17,213 nucleotides of DNA from Promethearchaeati archaeon. Lineage in GTDB: Archaea > Asgardarchaeota > Heimdallarchaeia > JABLTI01. The position numbers were made by a program, and so were the translations under genes. Numbering within the stretch: the first letter of the stretch is position 1; the number at the start of each line of letters is the position of its first letter. Location: NCBI GenBank assembly GCA_013166835.1, contig JABLTI010000111.1, positions 1 through 17,213 of the forward strand, in the 5' to 3' direction. This document shows positions 8,158 to 17,213 of this stretch, piece by piece. The notes beneath the pieces were generated by a model. It was given only the letters and a program-made list of their open reading frames with translations, was not told the DNA's origin and made no database searches.

Positions 8158-9802
8158 ATGTCACCATCAGTAAAGTACACCTTATCCTTACTCAGGAAAT
8201 ACTTGAAACCCTATGTTAGACAAGTAGTTCTCCTAGGATTCCTCCTCATACTTTATAATGGCATCCAAATTGCTAATCCGCAAGTTATTCGTTTTTACAT
8301 AGATGCGGTTTTTGCAGAAACGTTGGATACAAAAGCAATTCTGAACGCATCATTAATGTACATCGGATTCAGTCTTATTCATCGAGGAATTTACATTGTT
8401 GTAAGATATCTTAGTCAGAATCTTGCTTGGGCAACAACAAATGATTTCTTTATCAGAGTTTTTCAGCACTTTCTCGATTTATTTCTTCGGAAGCCTTATC
8501 TTACTCATTGGCGTATTGACTGCTGTCTTTATTGAGAAGTGGGTCTATGGAGTGTTTTTCCTTGGTTTTGCCTTTCTAGCATTAATTGCCTTCTATTTCG
8601 TAAGAAATGTCTCCTCACCATTGTGGAAAAAAGCAAGGGAATCGACAACTGCATTATTTGGGCATATAGAAGAGAGTGTTTCAGGTCTTGAAGACATCAA
8701 AGGAAATGGTGCGGATGAATTTCTCATGAAGAGATTCCATGAAGTATCACAGACCGATTTTAAGAATAAGAATAAGGCAATGATTGTCTCAAGAACATAT
8801 TATGCAATAAACGTGATGATGAGAGCAATCCTAAATATTGGAATACTAGTTGTAAGTCACTATCTCGCAGCATTCTTGGATACAGATCCGGGAGTAATTT
8901 ACCTCCTCCTAACTTATGGAACCAATTTGTTATGGCCTCTAAGATTATTGCTCTGGCAAATCGAGCAATTACAAAACTCATTAGCAAACATTGAACGAAT
9001 AAATGAATTCTTTCAAATTGAAACAAAAATCATTGATGATGGAGAAACTGTATTTCCTGAAGGAAAAGTAAGCCTTGCATTTGATAACTTAGATTTTGGT
9101 TACTCAGAAAACTTAGTATTGAAGGATATCTCGTTTAATCTAGAATCAGGAAGAAAAATAGGATTGGTAGGACAAACGGGGAGTGGAAAAACAACGCTTG
9201 CTCGACTAGTCTTTAGACTCTACGATCCGAAAAGTGGAAAAATAAGAGTAAATGGAATTAATACGAAAAACTTTCCACTCAAAGAATTGAGAAGTAATGT
9301 TGCTTATGTCACACAAGATGTTGAATTATTCAAAGCATCAATCAGAGATAATGTTACCTTTTTCGACAAAGAAATACCAGAAGAAGTAATACTGGATATT
9401 TTCAAAGATATCGGTTTAGAGAAATGGTACAATGATTTGCCAAACGGACTTGAAACTATAATTCTCTCAGACGAATGTGGTTTATCTGCAGGAGAGGAAC
9501 AACTCTTAGCATTAACTCGAGCATTTTTGAAAAATCCCAAAATAGTAGTTCTAGATGAAGCTTCATCTCGATTAGATCCTGCAACAGAACGACAAATCGA
9601 GATTGCTCTAGAAAAATTGCTTCATGGAAGAAGTGCTATTATAATTGCTCATCGATTAACTACCCTCCACAAAGTGGATGATGTCCTTATCTTAAGTGAT
9701 GGGGAAATACTGGAATATGGCTCTCGAGAGGAACTAGCGAAGAATCCTAAATCACAATTCTCCCTATTATTACAAAAAGGAATAGAGGAGGTTCTCACAT
9801 GA
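8158..9802 (+). pseudogene. ABC exporter subunit 1 (TMD-NBD), frameshifted by an internal deletion at ~8442-8447
   Basis: ORF 8158 encodes TM1-TM2 up to AWATTND. The TMD resumes in the +1 frame at ISLSEFF. The intervening intracellular loop (GE..R..GDV, present in subunit 2) is missing. The NBD is intact: GQTGSGKTT, YVTQ, LSAGEEQ, VVLDEASSRLD, AHR. Confidence 0.85.
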
Positions 9803-11597
9803 AGGTTTGGCGCTTATCTGGGAAACTCATGGGGTATAGAAAAGGCTACATAACTGGTAGTTTCTTCTCAGCTATTGGCTGGCTTCTCGCTAGATTCACC
9901 ATTAGTTTTGGTCTTCAAGAATTAATTGATGCCATTTTAGGAGCTGAAACAATTCTAGGTATGTCTGTAAGAAATCTCCTCATAACCTTACCATTTACAT
10001 TTATAACAGCCTTCTTTATTGGTTCCATCATGGATATAGTTTTATGGTATTTCTTCACAACTGGTGAAGTCTTAGTAAGAAGAAACATCATGCGTGGATT
10101 ACTAAAGAAACCTGGGGCAGTAGCATTACCAAGTACTTCCGGGGAATCCATCTCGCGTTTCAGAGGAGACGTAGACAATGTTGTAAGATTATCGTACCGA
10201 ATTTCTCTGAGATTGGGTTTTCTAATCTACACAGGGGTGGTTATAGGTTACATGTTCACTATTAGTGCTCCAGCAACCAGTCTTGTATTCATACCTTTGC
10301 TATTAATTTTGGTAATAGGATTAACAGGGAGAAGAAGAATAGATAAGCTACGAAAGAAAAGAAGAAAAGCAACAGCAGAAGTAACTGATACCCTAGGAAA
10401 GATATTCGGATCAATTCAAATTTTCAAAGTAGCAGGATCCGAGAAGAACATCTTGAATCACTTCAAAGGGAAATGTGACAACAGAAAAACTGCTATTGTA
10501 AAAGAAATGGTCTTCATAGCTCTTATCGATGCGATCTACTTATTCGCTATAAATTTGGGTTTAGGCTTAATCCTCTTATTAATTGGGTATTCACATTAGG
10601 CAATCTATACTTCTTCCAAACACAATTGTGGTGGATAGGTGACACCATCTGGATGCTTGGGGATTTCATTCCAATGTATCAGCAAGCAAAAGTCTCCTAC
10701 GGAAGAATCTTAACACTAATACAAAACCACGAAGAAAGTGCTACCGCAGACGACATAGTTGCTCATGGACCAATTTATGAATTTGAGCCCTTTCCGCCCT
10801 TTGAAGCTATACAACGGACGGAGAATGATATCTTATCGATACTGACGGCTAAAAAACTGTCATATATATATCCAGGAACGGATAAGGGAATCAAGAATGT
10901 CTCTTTGAAAATACCACAAGGATCGATAACAATAGTAACTGGAAGAATTGGTTCCGGAAAAACAACCCTCATACGTGCAATATTGGGACTAGTTCCAAAA
11001 GAGAAGGGTACATTGTATTGGAATGGTGATGAGATAACTGATCCCACAAATTTTATGATTCCACCAAGAGCAGCATATACTCCACAAGTACCGTATTTGT
11101 TCAGTGAGAAATTGAAACATAACATATTACTGAATGTCCCAGAAGATTCCGCTGATATTGACAAAGCAGTAAAATTAGCTGTTTTCAAAGGCGAAATTGA
11201 TGATTTCGAAGAAGGATATGAAACCCTAGTTGGACCTAAGGGAGTCAGATTATCCGGTGGACAAAAACAAAGACTGGCCGCAGCAAGGATGTTTGTAAGA
11301 GAACCAGAGTTAATGGTTTTCGATGATTTGTCCAGTGCGTTAGACGTAGAAACAGAACAATTACTCTGGGAACGATTATTCATGACTGGAAATTCTATTA
11401 CTTGTTTAGCTGTCTCTCATAGGCCAATGGTTCTTCGAAGAGCAGATAATGTCATAGTAATGAAGGATGGCAAAGTAGAAAGCCAAGGGAAACTAGAGGA
11501 TTTATTAGAAACAAGTGAAGAAATGAAAACACTCTGGGAAGGAAATGTAGAAGCGAACAATAGCTCGCCACAAAAAAAGAAGAAAAAAGACGCTTAA
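9799..11597 (+). pseudogene. ABC exporter subunit 2 (TMD-NBD), frameshifted at ~10585-10587
   Basis: ATGA overlap with subunit 1 and a GAGGAGG RBS. Frame 1 ends ILLLIGYSH*. The other frame reads VFTLGNLYFFQTQLWWIGD (TM6) from 10587 and continues into the NBD: GRIGSGKTT, YTPQ, LSGGQKQ, MVFDDLSSALD, SHR. Confidence 0.85.
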
Positions 11598-11606
11598 AAA
11601 AGCGTC
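11572..11606 (-). terminator. Hairpin + U-tract terminator of LVIVD gene 2
   Basis: GACGCTT-AAAA-AAGCGTC (11589-11606) is followed on the minus strand by TTTTTTCTTCTTTTTTT. It overlaps the 3' end of the convergent ABC gene. Confidence 0.75.
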
Positions 11607-11613
11607 ATTAAAA

Positions 11614-14397
11614 CTATCTAGTTACAGCTTTCTTTTTCCGCCGTATTAAGACCACTAGAATAATAACTCCTGCTAGGACTAAAGCTAGAATTCCGCTATA
11701 GATTCCCAGCATCATCGGTCCAAGTAATTCACCAGTAATTTCAATCTGCTCAACGTTGCTCCATAAACTTGGTAATCCTTCGTCATCTACTGCTCGGACT
11801 CGGAAATAGTATGTTCCTTTCTTTAATCCATAGACTTGTTTGTTGAGTTTAGTAGTATTGTATTCTTTAGTTAATTCACTGAAGCTCAATAAGGTGCTAA
11901 CTTGTAACTCATAGTGGTCAATGAGTCCATCATCTGTACTAGCATTCCAAGAGCATTTAGCAATTCCAGTTTTGCTTTCTACTCCCGGATCATCAAGAAC
12001 AGGGGTAATTGGTCTCAAGTTATAATCATAGATGATTTCGAAGGAGTAAATGTGCACGCTGCGATCTTCTGGACCTATTAATTCAGCTCGCCAAAGTAAT
12101 TCTTCGCCTTGATAGAGAAATTCATGTTCAACACCTGGTGTGACTAATTCCCAGTGAGTTCCACCATCAGCGGATAAGAAGTAATTCACTTGGGTTCCAA
12201 CAGGAATATAATCATCTACTTCTAATATAGCGGAAAGAATGAATCCATCAGTCATATTGTCTAATTCAATTGTTTGAGCAATAAAAGTACCAGGAACGTA
12301 AGTAGTTGCCGGACTCTCATAATGACGGAGAATGACTAAACTGCTTCTGTTAGCAACATAGGTGTAGTCTCCAACAGCACATATTTGCATCGCACTTGTT
12401 GCATTTGCGAAATTAGAACCTGGGAAGGAAATCGGAGTAATATCAATTCCATCAAGTAAATAAGCTCCTTGACTTCCAGCTGCATTTATGATATAATAGC
12501 CAAAAGTGCATACACCTAGTGATTGTATAAAATTTCCAGCAGAACCCCAATCAACATCATTAACAAAAAATGGGTTATAGGGATCTTGCACATTTTCAAT
12601 AACTAACCAGGTTGTATCACTACAATAAGCGTAGTCACCATCTACAAAGATGTCATAGAAGTAGCTTGATCGTGTTTCACTTGCAAGGAAAGTAAGATCA
12701 CCAGCATCCGGAACTAAGTCATGCACATGAAGACCTGGTCCACCAGCGCCAATATAATTTACAGAATAAATATGTGGTCCTTGCACATCAATAGCTGTAA
12801 TATTAGTACCGAAAATTTCGTTGTTCATGATAATAGGGATACTTGGATTTGAGACATTTGCTGTAGAAATACCCGAAGGAGCTGGATTACCGAAGGAAAC
12901 ATACATAATTTCTCCTTCAACATCAATGTCCACTAAATCTGTTCCTAAAGTAAATGAAAGGAACTCAATATTCGCCGGATCAGAAATATCATAGATGTAG
13001 ACACCGTCAGCATCTACGCAGTAAGCGTATTGTCCTTCAACATCTAGTTTTCTGAAGTGAACACCGAATTCAGTCTGATGATCTAGCAGTGTTGGGTTCA
13101 ATGGATCATGCACATCTAAGGTGTAGAAACCATCTTGTCCCGCTGCTACGTATGCGATATCACCTTTTACTTTGACATCCCAAGCATCAAAACCAGAGAA
13201 AGTGCTACGATAAGCATTTGTTCCGAAATCCATCATTCCTCCACCATCTGAACCAGCCATGTATGAATATACACCTAGATCAGTGGCAAATACGATGTAG
13301 TTTCCGAAGACATCCATATCCCAAACTTTGTTTCCTAAGACTAATTTTGTAGCATAGGAAAGGTGTGTTGGGTCAGCAATATCCAAGACATATAATCCAC
13401 CCTCTGTATCAGATACATAAAGGGTGTTTCCTTGAATTTTTAATCTTCGAGCAAAGCCATCTGTATCAAAAGTATCGAGGATAGCAACATTTGTTGGGTC
13501 ACGAATATCAATTACGTGGACACCTGCTTCGCCAGCAGCTAAATACGCAACGGGTCCTTTCACAAGAACATCAGCTGCAAAACCAGGAGTTGGTAGGTAA
13601 TCATACTCTGTTGCGGAATACTTGTTCGAAGTATTCAACACGTAAAAACCTTCATTACCAGCAGCAATGAACGATAAGTCGCCAAAAACATCAAGCCCAT
13701 AAGCGTTTCTGGAAGCCCAATCATTTGTTATTAGTTTTACGTTATCAGGGTCAGAAGCATCGAGAATTCTTAGTGATTTATCACTTGTGGAATTAAAAGC
13801 AGTAAAGTAAACAAATTGACCTCTCGGTTCTATATCTGTAACAGCACCATCTACTAATTCATCATCAATGTAATATCCGACACCACCGAGATCATAGGGA
13901 TCACTTGCGTTGTAGACATTAATTTGCTGGTAAGAATCATTTAAACCAACATAAAGAACATCTCCATTAATGGCAATAGAAATCATGTCCTGATAAGAAG
14001 AACAAGTACTTGTTTGGATCATGAATGCAGGACTAGTGATATCCAATATCTGCAAACTATCAGTAACAACGGGGGTATCCATAACAAGATAGGCTTTTCT
14101 TCCCTGTACCTCAATTCCCTTGATAGGATAAGGTGTTGCGAAGAAATCTTGCGAAATAAAAGAGAAATTTCTCATATTTGTTATTTGTCCGCCACCCCAG
14201 CCCCAAGCTGTAGTTGCGGCGCTTTTATAGGTTTGTTCCAAAAAGGTTTCCGAGAAACTGCCACCTGAGTTGATGACTAATTCTTGAGAACCAAACGGAC
14301 TTTCGCTTCCAAGCACATTTACAACCATAAAGGGTGTCAAGAGAAAGGATGCGATAAGACCTAATGCAATAATAAAACGGAATTTTCTTGGATTCAT
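11614..14397 (-). CDS. LVIVD-repeat double beta-propeller + fibronectin type III type I membrane surface protein (paralogue 2, intact)
   Basis: GAGGT RBS and signal peptide MNPRKFRFIIALGLIASFLL. Then 14 LVIVD repeats, the FLSADGGTHW...LLWRAEL domain, an FN3 domain (WNASTDD..IDHYELQ...GLKKGTYYFRVRAVD), a TM helix and the tail RRKKKAVTR. Confidence 0.92.
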   Translation of the reverse strand: MNPRKFRFIIALGLIASFLLTPFMVVNVLGSESPFGSQELVINSGGSFSETFLEQTYKSAATTAWGWGGGQITNMRNFSFISQDFFATPYPIKGIEVQGRKAYLVMDTPVVTDSLQILDITSPAFMIQTSTCSSYQDMISIAINGDVLYVGLNDSYQQINVYNASDPYDLGGVGYYIDDELVDGAVTDIEPRGQFVYFTAFNSTSDKSLRILDASDPDNVKLITNDWASRNAYGLDVFGDLSFIAAGNEGFYVLNTSNKYSATEYDYLPTPGFAADVLVKGPVAYLAAGEAGVHVIDIRDPTNVAILDTFDTDGFARRLKIQGNTLYVSDTEGGLYVLDIADPTHLSYATKLVLGNKVWDMDVFGNYIVFATDLGVYSYMAGSDGGGMMDFGTNAYRSTFSGFDAWDVKVKGDIAYVAAGQDGFYTLDVHDPLNPTLLDHQTEFGVHFRKLDVEGQYAYCVDADGVYIYDISDPANIEFLSFTLGTDLVDIDVEGEIMYVSFGNPAPSGISTANVSNPSIPIIMNNEIFGTNITAIDVQGPHIYSVNYIGAGGPGLHVHDLVPDAGDLTFLASETRSSYFYDIFVDGDYAYCSDTTWLVIENVQDPYNPFFVNDVDWGSAGNFIQSLGVCTFGYYIINAAGSQGAYLLDGIDITPISFPGSNFANATSAMQICAVGDYTYVANRSSLVILRHYESPATTYVPGTFIAQTIELDNMTDGFILSAILEVDDYIPVGTQVNYFLSADGGTHWELVTPGVEHEFLYQGEELLWRAELIGPEDRSVHIYSFEIIYDYNLRPITPVLDDPGVESKTGIAKCSWNASTDDGLIDHYELQVSTLLSFSELTKEYNTTKLNKQVYGLKKGTYYFRVRAVDDEGLPSLWSNVEQIEITGELLGPMMLGIYSGILALVLAGVIILVVLIRRKKKAVTR

Positions 14398-14499
14398 CTT
14401 TTTAACCTCAAAATATCAATTGTTTTGTACAACAAACAATACATCGTTTCGCTCTAAAAGTAAAGTGGAGCTACCTAAACCAAACCAATTTGAAACCAT

Positions 14500-14538
14500 A
14501 AAAGAAAAAAAGAGTAAAAAAGACGCACATGCGTCTTT
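14500..14538 (-). terminator. Hairpin + U-tract terminator of LVIVD gene 3
   Basis: AAAGACGC-ACAT-GCGTCTTT (14519-14538) is followed on the minus strand by TTTACTCTTTTTTTCTTT. Confidence 0.75.
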
Positions 14539-14547
14539 CTAGATTTT

Positions 14548-17059
14548 TTATCGAGTAGCAACAGCTTTCTTCTTTCTAACCCGTACTGCAATAACGATGA
14601 TGAGAACGAGAAGTACTAAACCACCGCCAACGATGACGTAGACCCACCATTCTAGGTCTAAACCCGTGATTTGGACTTCTATATCGACTACGTCGCTCCA
14701 ATCACCTGCTAGCTCCCAAATATCAACTGCTCGTACTCGGAAGTAATAGGTTCCATTCGTTAGACCAGTAACAGTTCGTGTTATTCCAGATACATTGTAA
14801 GTAGTAGGAGTAGTAAATCCATTCACTGTGTCTATTTGTAATTCATAGTGATCTACACCAGCATCATCTGAACTAGCTGCCCATGAAACTTGAACACTGC
14901 TTGTTGTGCTAACAATTCCAGGATCAGTGATCAGAGGTATGCTTGGAGCTTCATTATAGAAGTAATCTATTGTAAGGTCGTAAATATGTAAGCTTTTATC
15001 ATTTGGACCAACAAGTTCAGCACGCCATTGAAGCTCACTACCAGGATTAACGAATTCGTGTAAAACCCCAGGTGTTACAATTTCCCAATGAGCACCGCCG
15101 TCAGCAGAGAGATAATAATCAACTTGAGTACCAAGAGGAACGAAATCATTAACGTTCAATGTAGCTGTGCGAATAAATTCAGAAGTTACACTATCAACCT
15201 CAATTGATTGAGCAATATTTGTTCCTGCTACGTAAGTATCAGCTGAGCTTTCATAATGTCGAATAATGATTAGGTTGGTTGTATTGACTACGTAAGTGTA
15301 GTCACCAGATGTTGTTACTTTAACTGCTCCAATTGCATCTGCATAATTTGAGCCCGGTTGATTCAATAAAAGCACCACCTAGTCGTATATCACCATACCA
15401 AGCTAGGTTAGTTGGATCTGTTATGTTGAAGATAACACTATAATCAGTATCGGATATAAAAGCAAGATCACCATCGACAAAAAGATCTGTGTTTGTACCC
15501 AAAAATCCAGTAGCTACATCTTTGAAATCAGCAACCATAGGATCGGGTAGCATCTGGTGAGAGAAGAAAGTATCCACAGAACCACCAGTGTTTTCTACAG
15601 TGTAAATATGTGGTCCTTGGACATCAATAGCAGTTACATTAACACCGAAGTTGAAATTATTCACAAAACCGTCTCCGAAAGCGAAGGTGTAATTCAAAGT
15701 TGCAAAACCAGCTGTTAAAGGGTCTCCATAAGCAACGTATGCATTTGGTCCCCAGAGTTTAATATCTTCTATGTCGGTACCAACTTCATATCTTGTTAAT
15801 TCAATGTTCGCTGGATTGGAAATGTCAAACGTAAACATTCCACCTTCTGCTATGCAGTATGCAAATTGACCATATACTTCTAGTTCTTTTAGTGGGTAAC
15901 CAGAATAGTTTTTGCGATCTAATAGGAATGAATCATTAGGATCATGGACATTCAAAGTGTAGAAGCCATCTTCTCCACCAACAACAAAGGCAATGTCTCC
16001 AACCACTCGCACATCCAAAACTTGGAAAGCATCAAAGTGATTTGGATAAACATGGTTGTTTATATTGCTGATTCCACCATTAAGTGCTCCCACTTTGTAG
16101 GTGTGAAGTCCTTCATTTGTTCCTACTACTAGATAGTTACCCACCATGTCTAAATCATAGACGTAATCCGCGGGAACAATTTGCTGTACAAACGATGGCA
16201 TGCCTGGATCTGCAACATCTAAGATTTGCACCCCACCGGTTCCATCTGCAACAAAGAGTATTCGTCCTTGTAAGAATAATTGCTGAGCAATTCCAGGAGT
16301 GTCATATGTACCAATAATTACTGGATTAGTTGGATCAAAAATATCGATTACATGCACGCCTGCTTCTCCATCCGCTAAGTAAGCGAATCTACCGTTTACA
16401 ATTACATCGGTGGCATTTCCAGGAGTATCAACATAACCATATTCAACAGGTGTATATTTGTCTGTCAAATTTAAGATGTAGAATCCTTCATCACTTGCAG
16501 CAATGTATCCTAAATGACCTGAAATATCAAGTCCTAATGATTTTTCTGTACCCCAATCACAAACAATAGCATTTACGTTAAGAGGATCACTAACATCTAA
16601 AATATTAAGTGCTTTACCATTTAAGGCATTATATGCTGTATAATACACAAGATGCCCAAAAGGTTCAATGTCAGTAACAGCACCAGATGTTTCGTTATAA
16701 TCCAGAAATGCTGCTCCTGCATCTAAACCAAAAGGATCTGTAGCATTATAGGTACTAATCTTAGGAACAAGAGTTCCATTATTTAACCCACCGTAAAGAA
16801 TATCTCCATCAACAGCAACAGTAAGCATATTGCTCCAAGAAGCACGAGAACTAGTCATTTTGATATCTGTTGGATCATAAATATCAAAAATATAGAGGGT
16901 CTCAGGTCCTGAGCTGATATTATTAGTAGCTGCATAGACTCTTCTACCTTGAACATCTAAACCTGTTATTGGATCTGGTGTTTCATAAAAGTCTTGGGTA
17001 GCGTACGAAATGTTTCGTGCATTCGCTACTGTTCCTGTGCCCCAACCAAAAGCAGTAAT
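14548..17059 (-). pseudogene. LVIVD-repeat + FN3 surface protein paralogue 3; 5'-truncated and frameshifted at ~15355
   Basis: ORFs 15320..17098 and 14548..15378 are together collinear with paralogue 2. Homology starts abruptly at TAFGWGTG (no signal peptide). The frame jumps from FIESTG to PGSNY, skipping ~30 aa present in both other paralogues. It ends with FN3, a TM helix and RKKKAVATR. Confidence 0.88.
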
Positions 17060-17165
17060 TTTGTATATGTGCTCATTTCTTGATTGTATGGAAAACAAAT
17101 ATATTCTGCTAACCCATCTTTGAACAATATATTCCTATCTATTGAAACTATTTGGTGTAATATCT

Positions 17166-17213
17166 ATGACTAAAATAACGATTGTTACAGCAGGTCTTTC
17201 CGAGTTGACGAAG
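17166..17213 (+). CDS. 5' end of a divergent gene of unknown function (MTKITIVTAGLSELTK...)
   Basis: ATG 17166 is preceded by GGTG (17154-17157) and the frame is open to the window edge. Only 16 codons are visible. Confidence 0.5.
   Translation, partial: MTKITIVTAGLSELTK

Noticed and set aside
8423-10626. Programmed ribosomal frameshifting as an explanation for the split ABC genes
   Set aside because: There is no slippery heptamer at the junctions and conserved coding sequence is missing, so recoding would not restore a full protein.
11569-11597. Poly-lysine C-terminus QKKKKKDA of ABC subunit 2 as a functional motif
   Set aside because: It is explained by the A tract that is the opposite-strand U tract of the LVIVD gene 2 terminator.
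4579-16569. Remaining short nested ORFs (4579, 5949, 7014, 8760, 9304, 9915, 10775, 14014, 15944, 16084, 16330)
   Set aside because: All lie within longer, motif-supported genes on the opposite strand or in another frame, and have no recognisable features.
11614-17059. Diversity-generating retroelement or recombinational cassette switching among paralogues
   Set aside because: There is no reverse transcriptase or recombinase, and no long near-identical or adenine-specific variant repeats. Only short nucleotide matches at conserved protein motifs were seen.
17166-17213. Functional assignment of the edge gene (the N-terminal beta-strand + TAG could suggest a nucleotide-binding or formyltransferase-like fold)
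   Set aside because: Sixteen residues are insufficient for a call.

Overview
AT-rich prokaryotic window that looks archaeal. The GGAGG/GAGGTG ribosome-binding sites, TATA-like boxes and N-glycosylation-rich type I membrane surface proteins are reminiscent of Asgard/Heimdallarchaeia genomes; this taxonomy is an inference only. Large surface-protein genes on the minus strand dominate. One is an edge-truncated protein with an 8-bladed FG-GAP/PQQ-like calcium propeller plus TSP3-like repeats (1..1956, missed by the ORF track). Three are paralogous double LVIVD-propeller proteins that share a TM-(R/K)KKK-x(2-3)-TR C-terminus and an ACGC..GCGT + poly-U 3' hairpin. Between them lie an Ntn-hydrolase asparaginase-2, a stand-alone Mrr/COG4127-type N-terminal domain preceded by twin palindromes, a GOLD/p24-like membrane protein coupled to a B-box/zinc-ribbon membrane protein, a flavin reductase and a heterodimeric ABC exporter. 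Both ABC subunits and the third LVIVD paralogue carry frameshifting internal deletions, at least one with junction microhomology, and that paralogue has also lost its 5' end. No RNA genes, CRISPR arrays or mobile elements were found.
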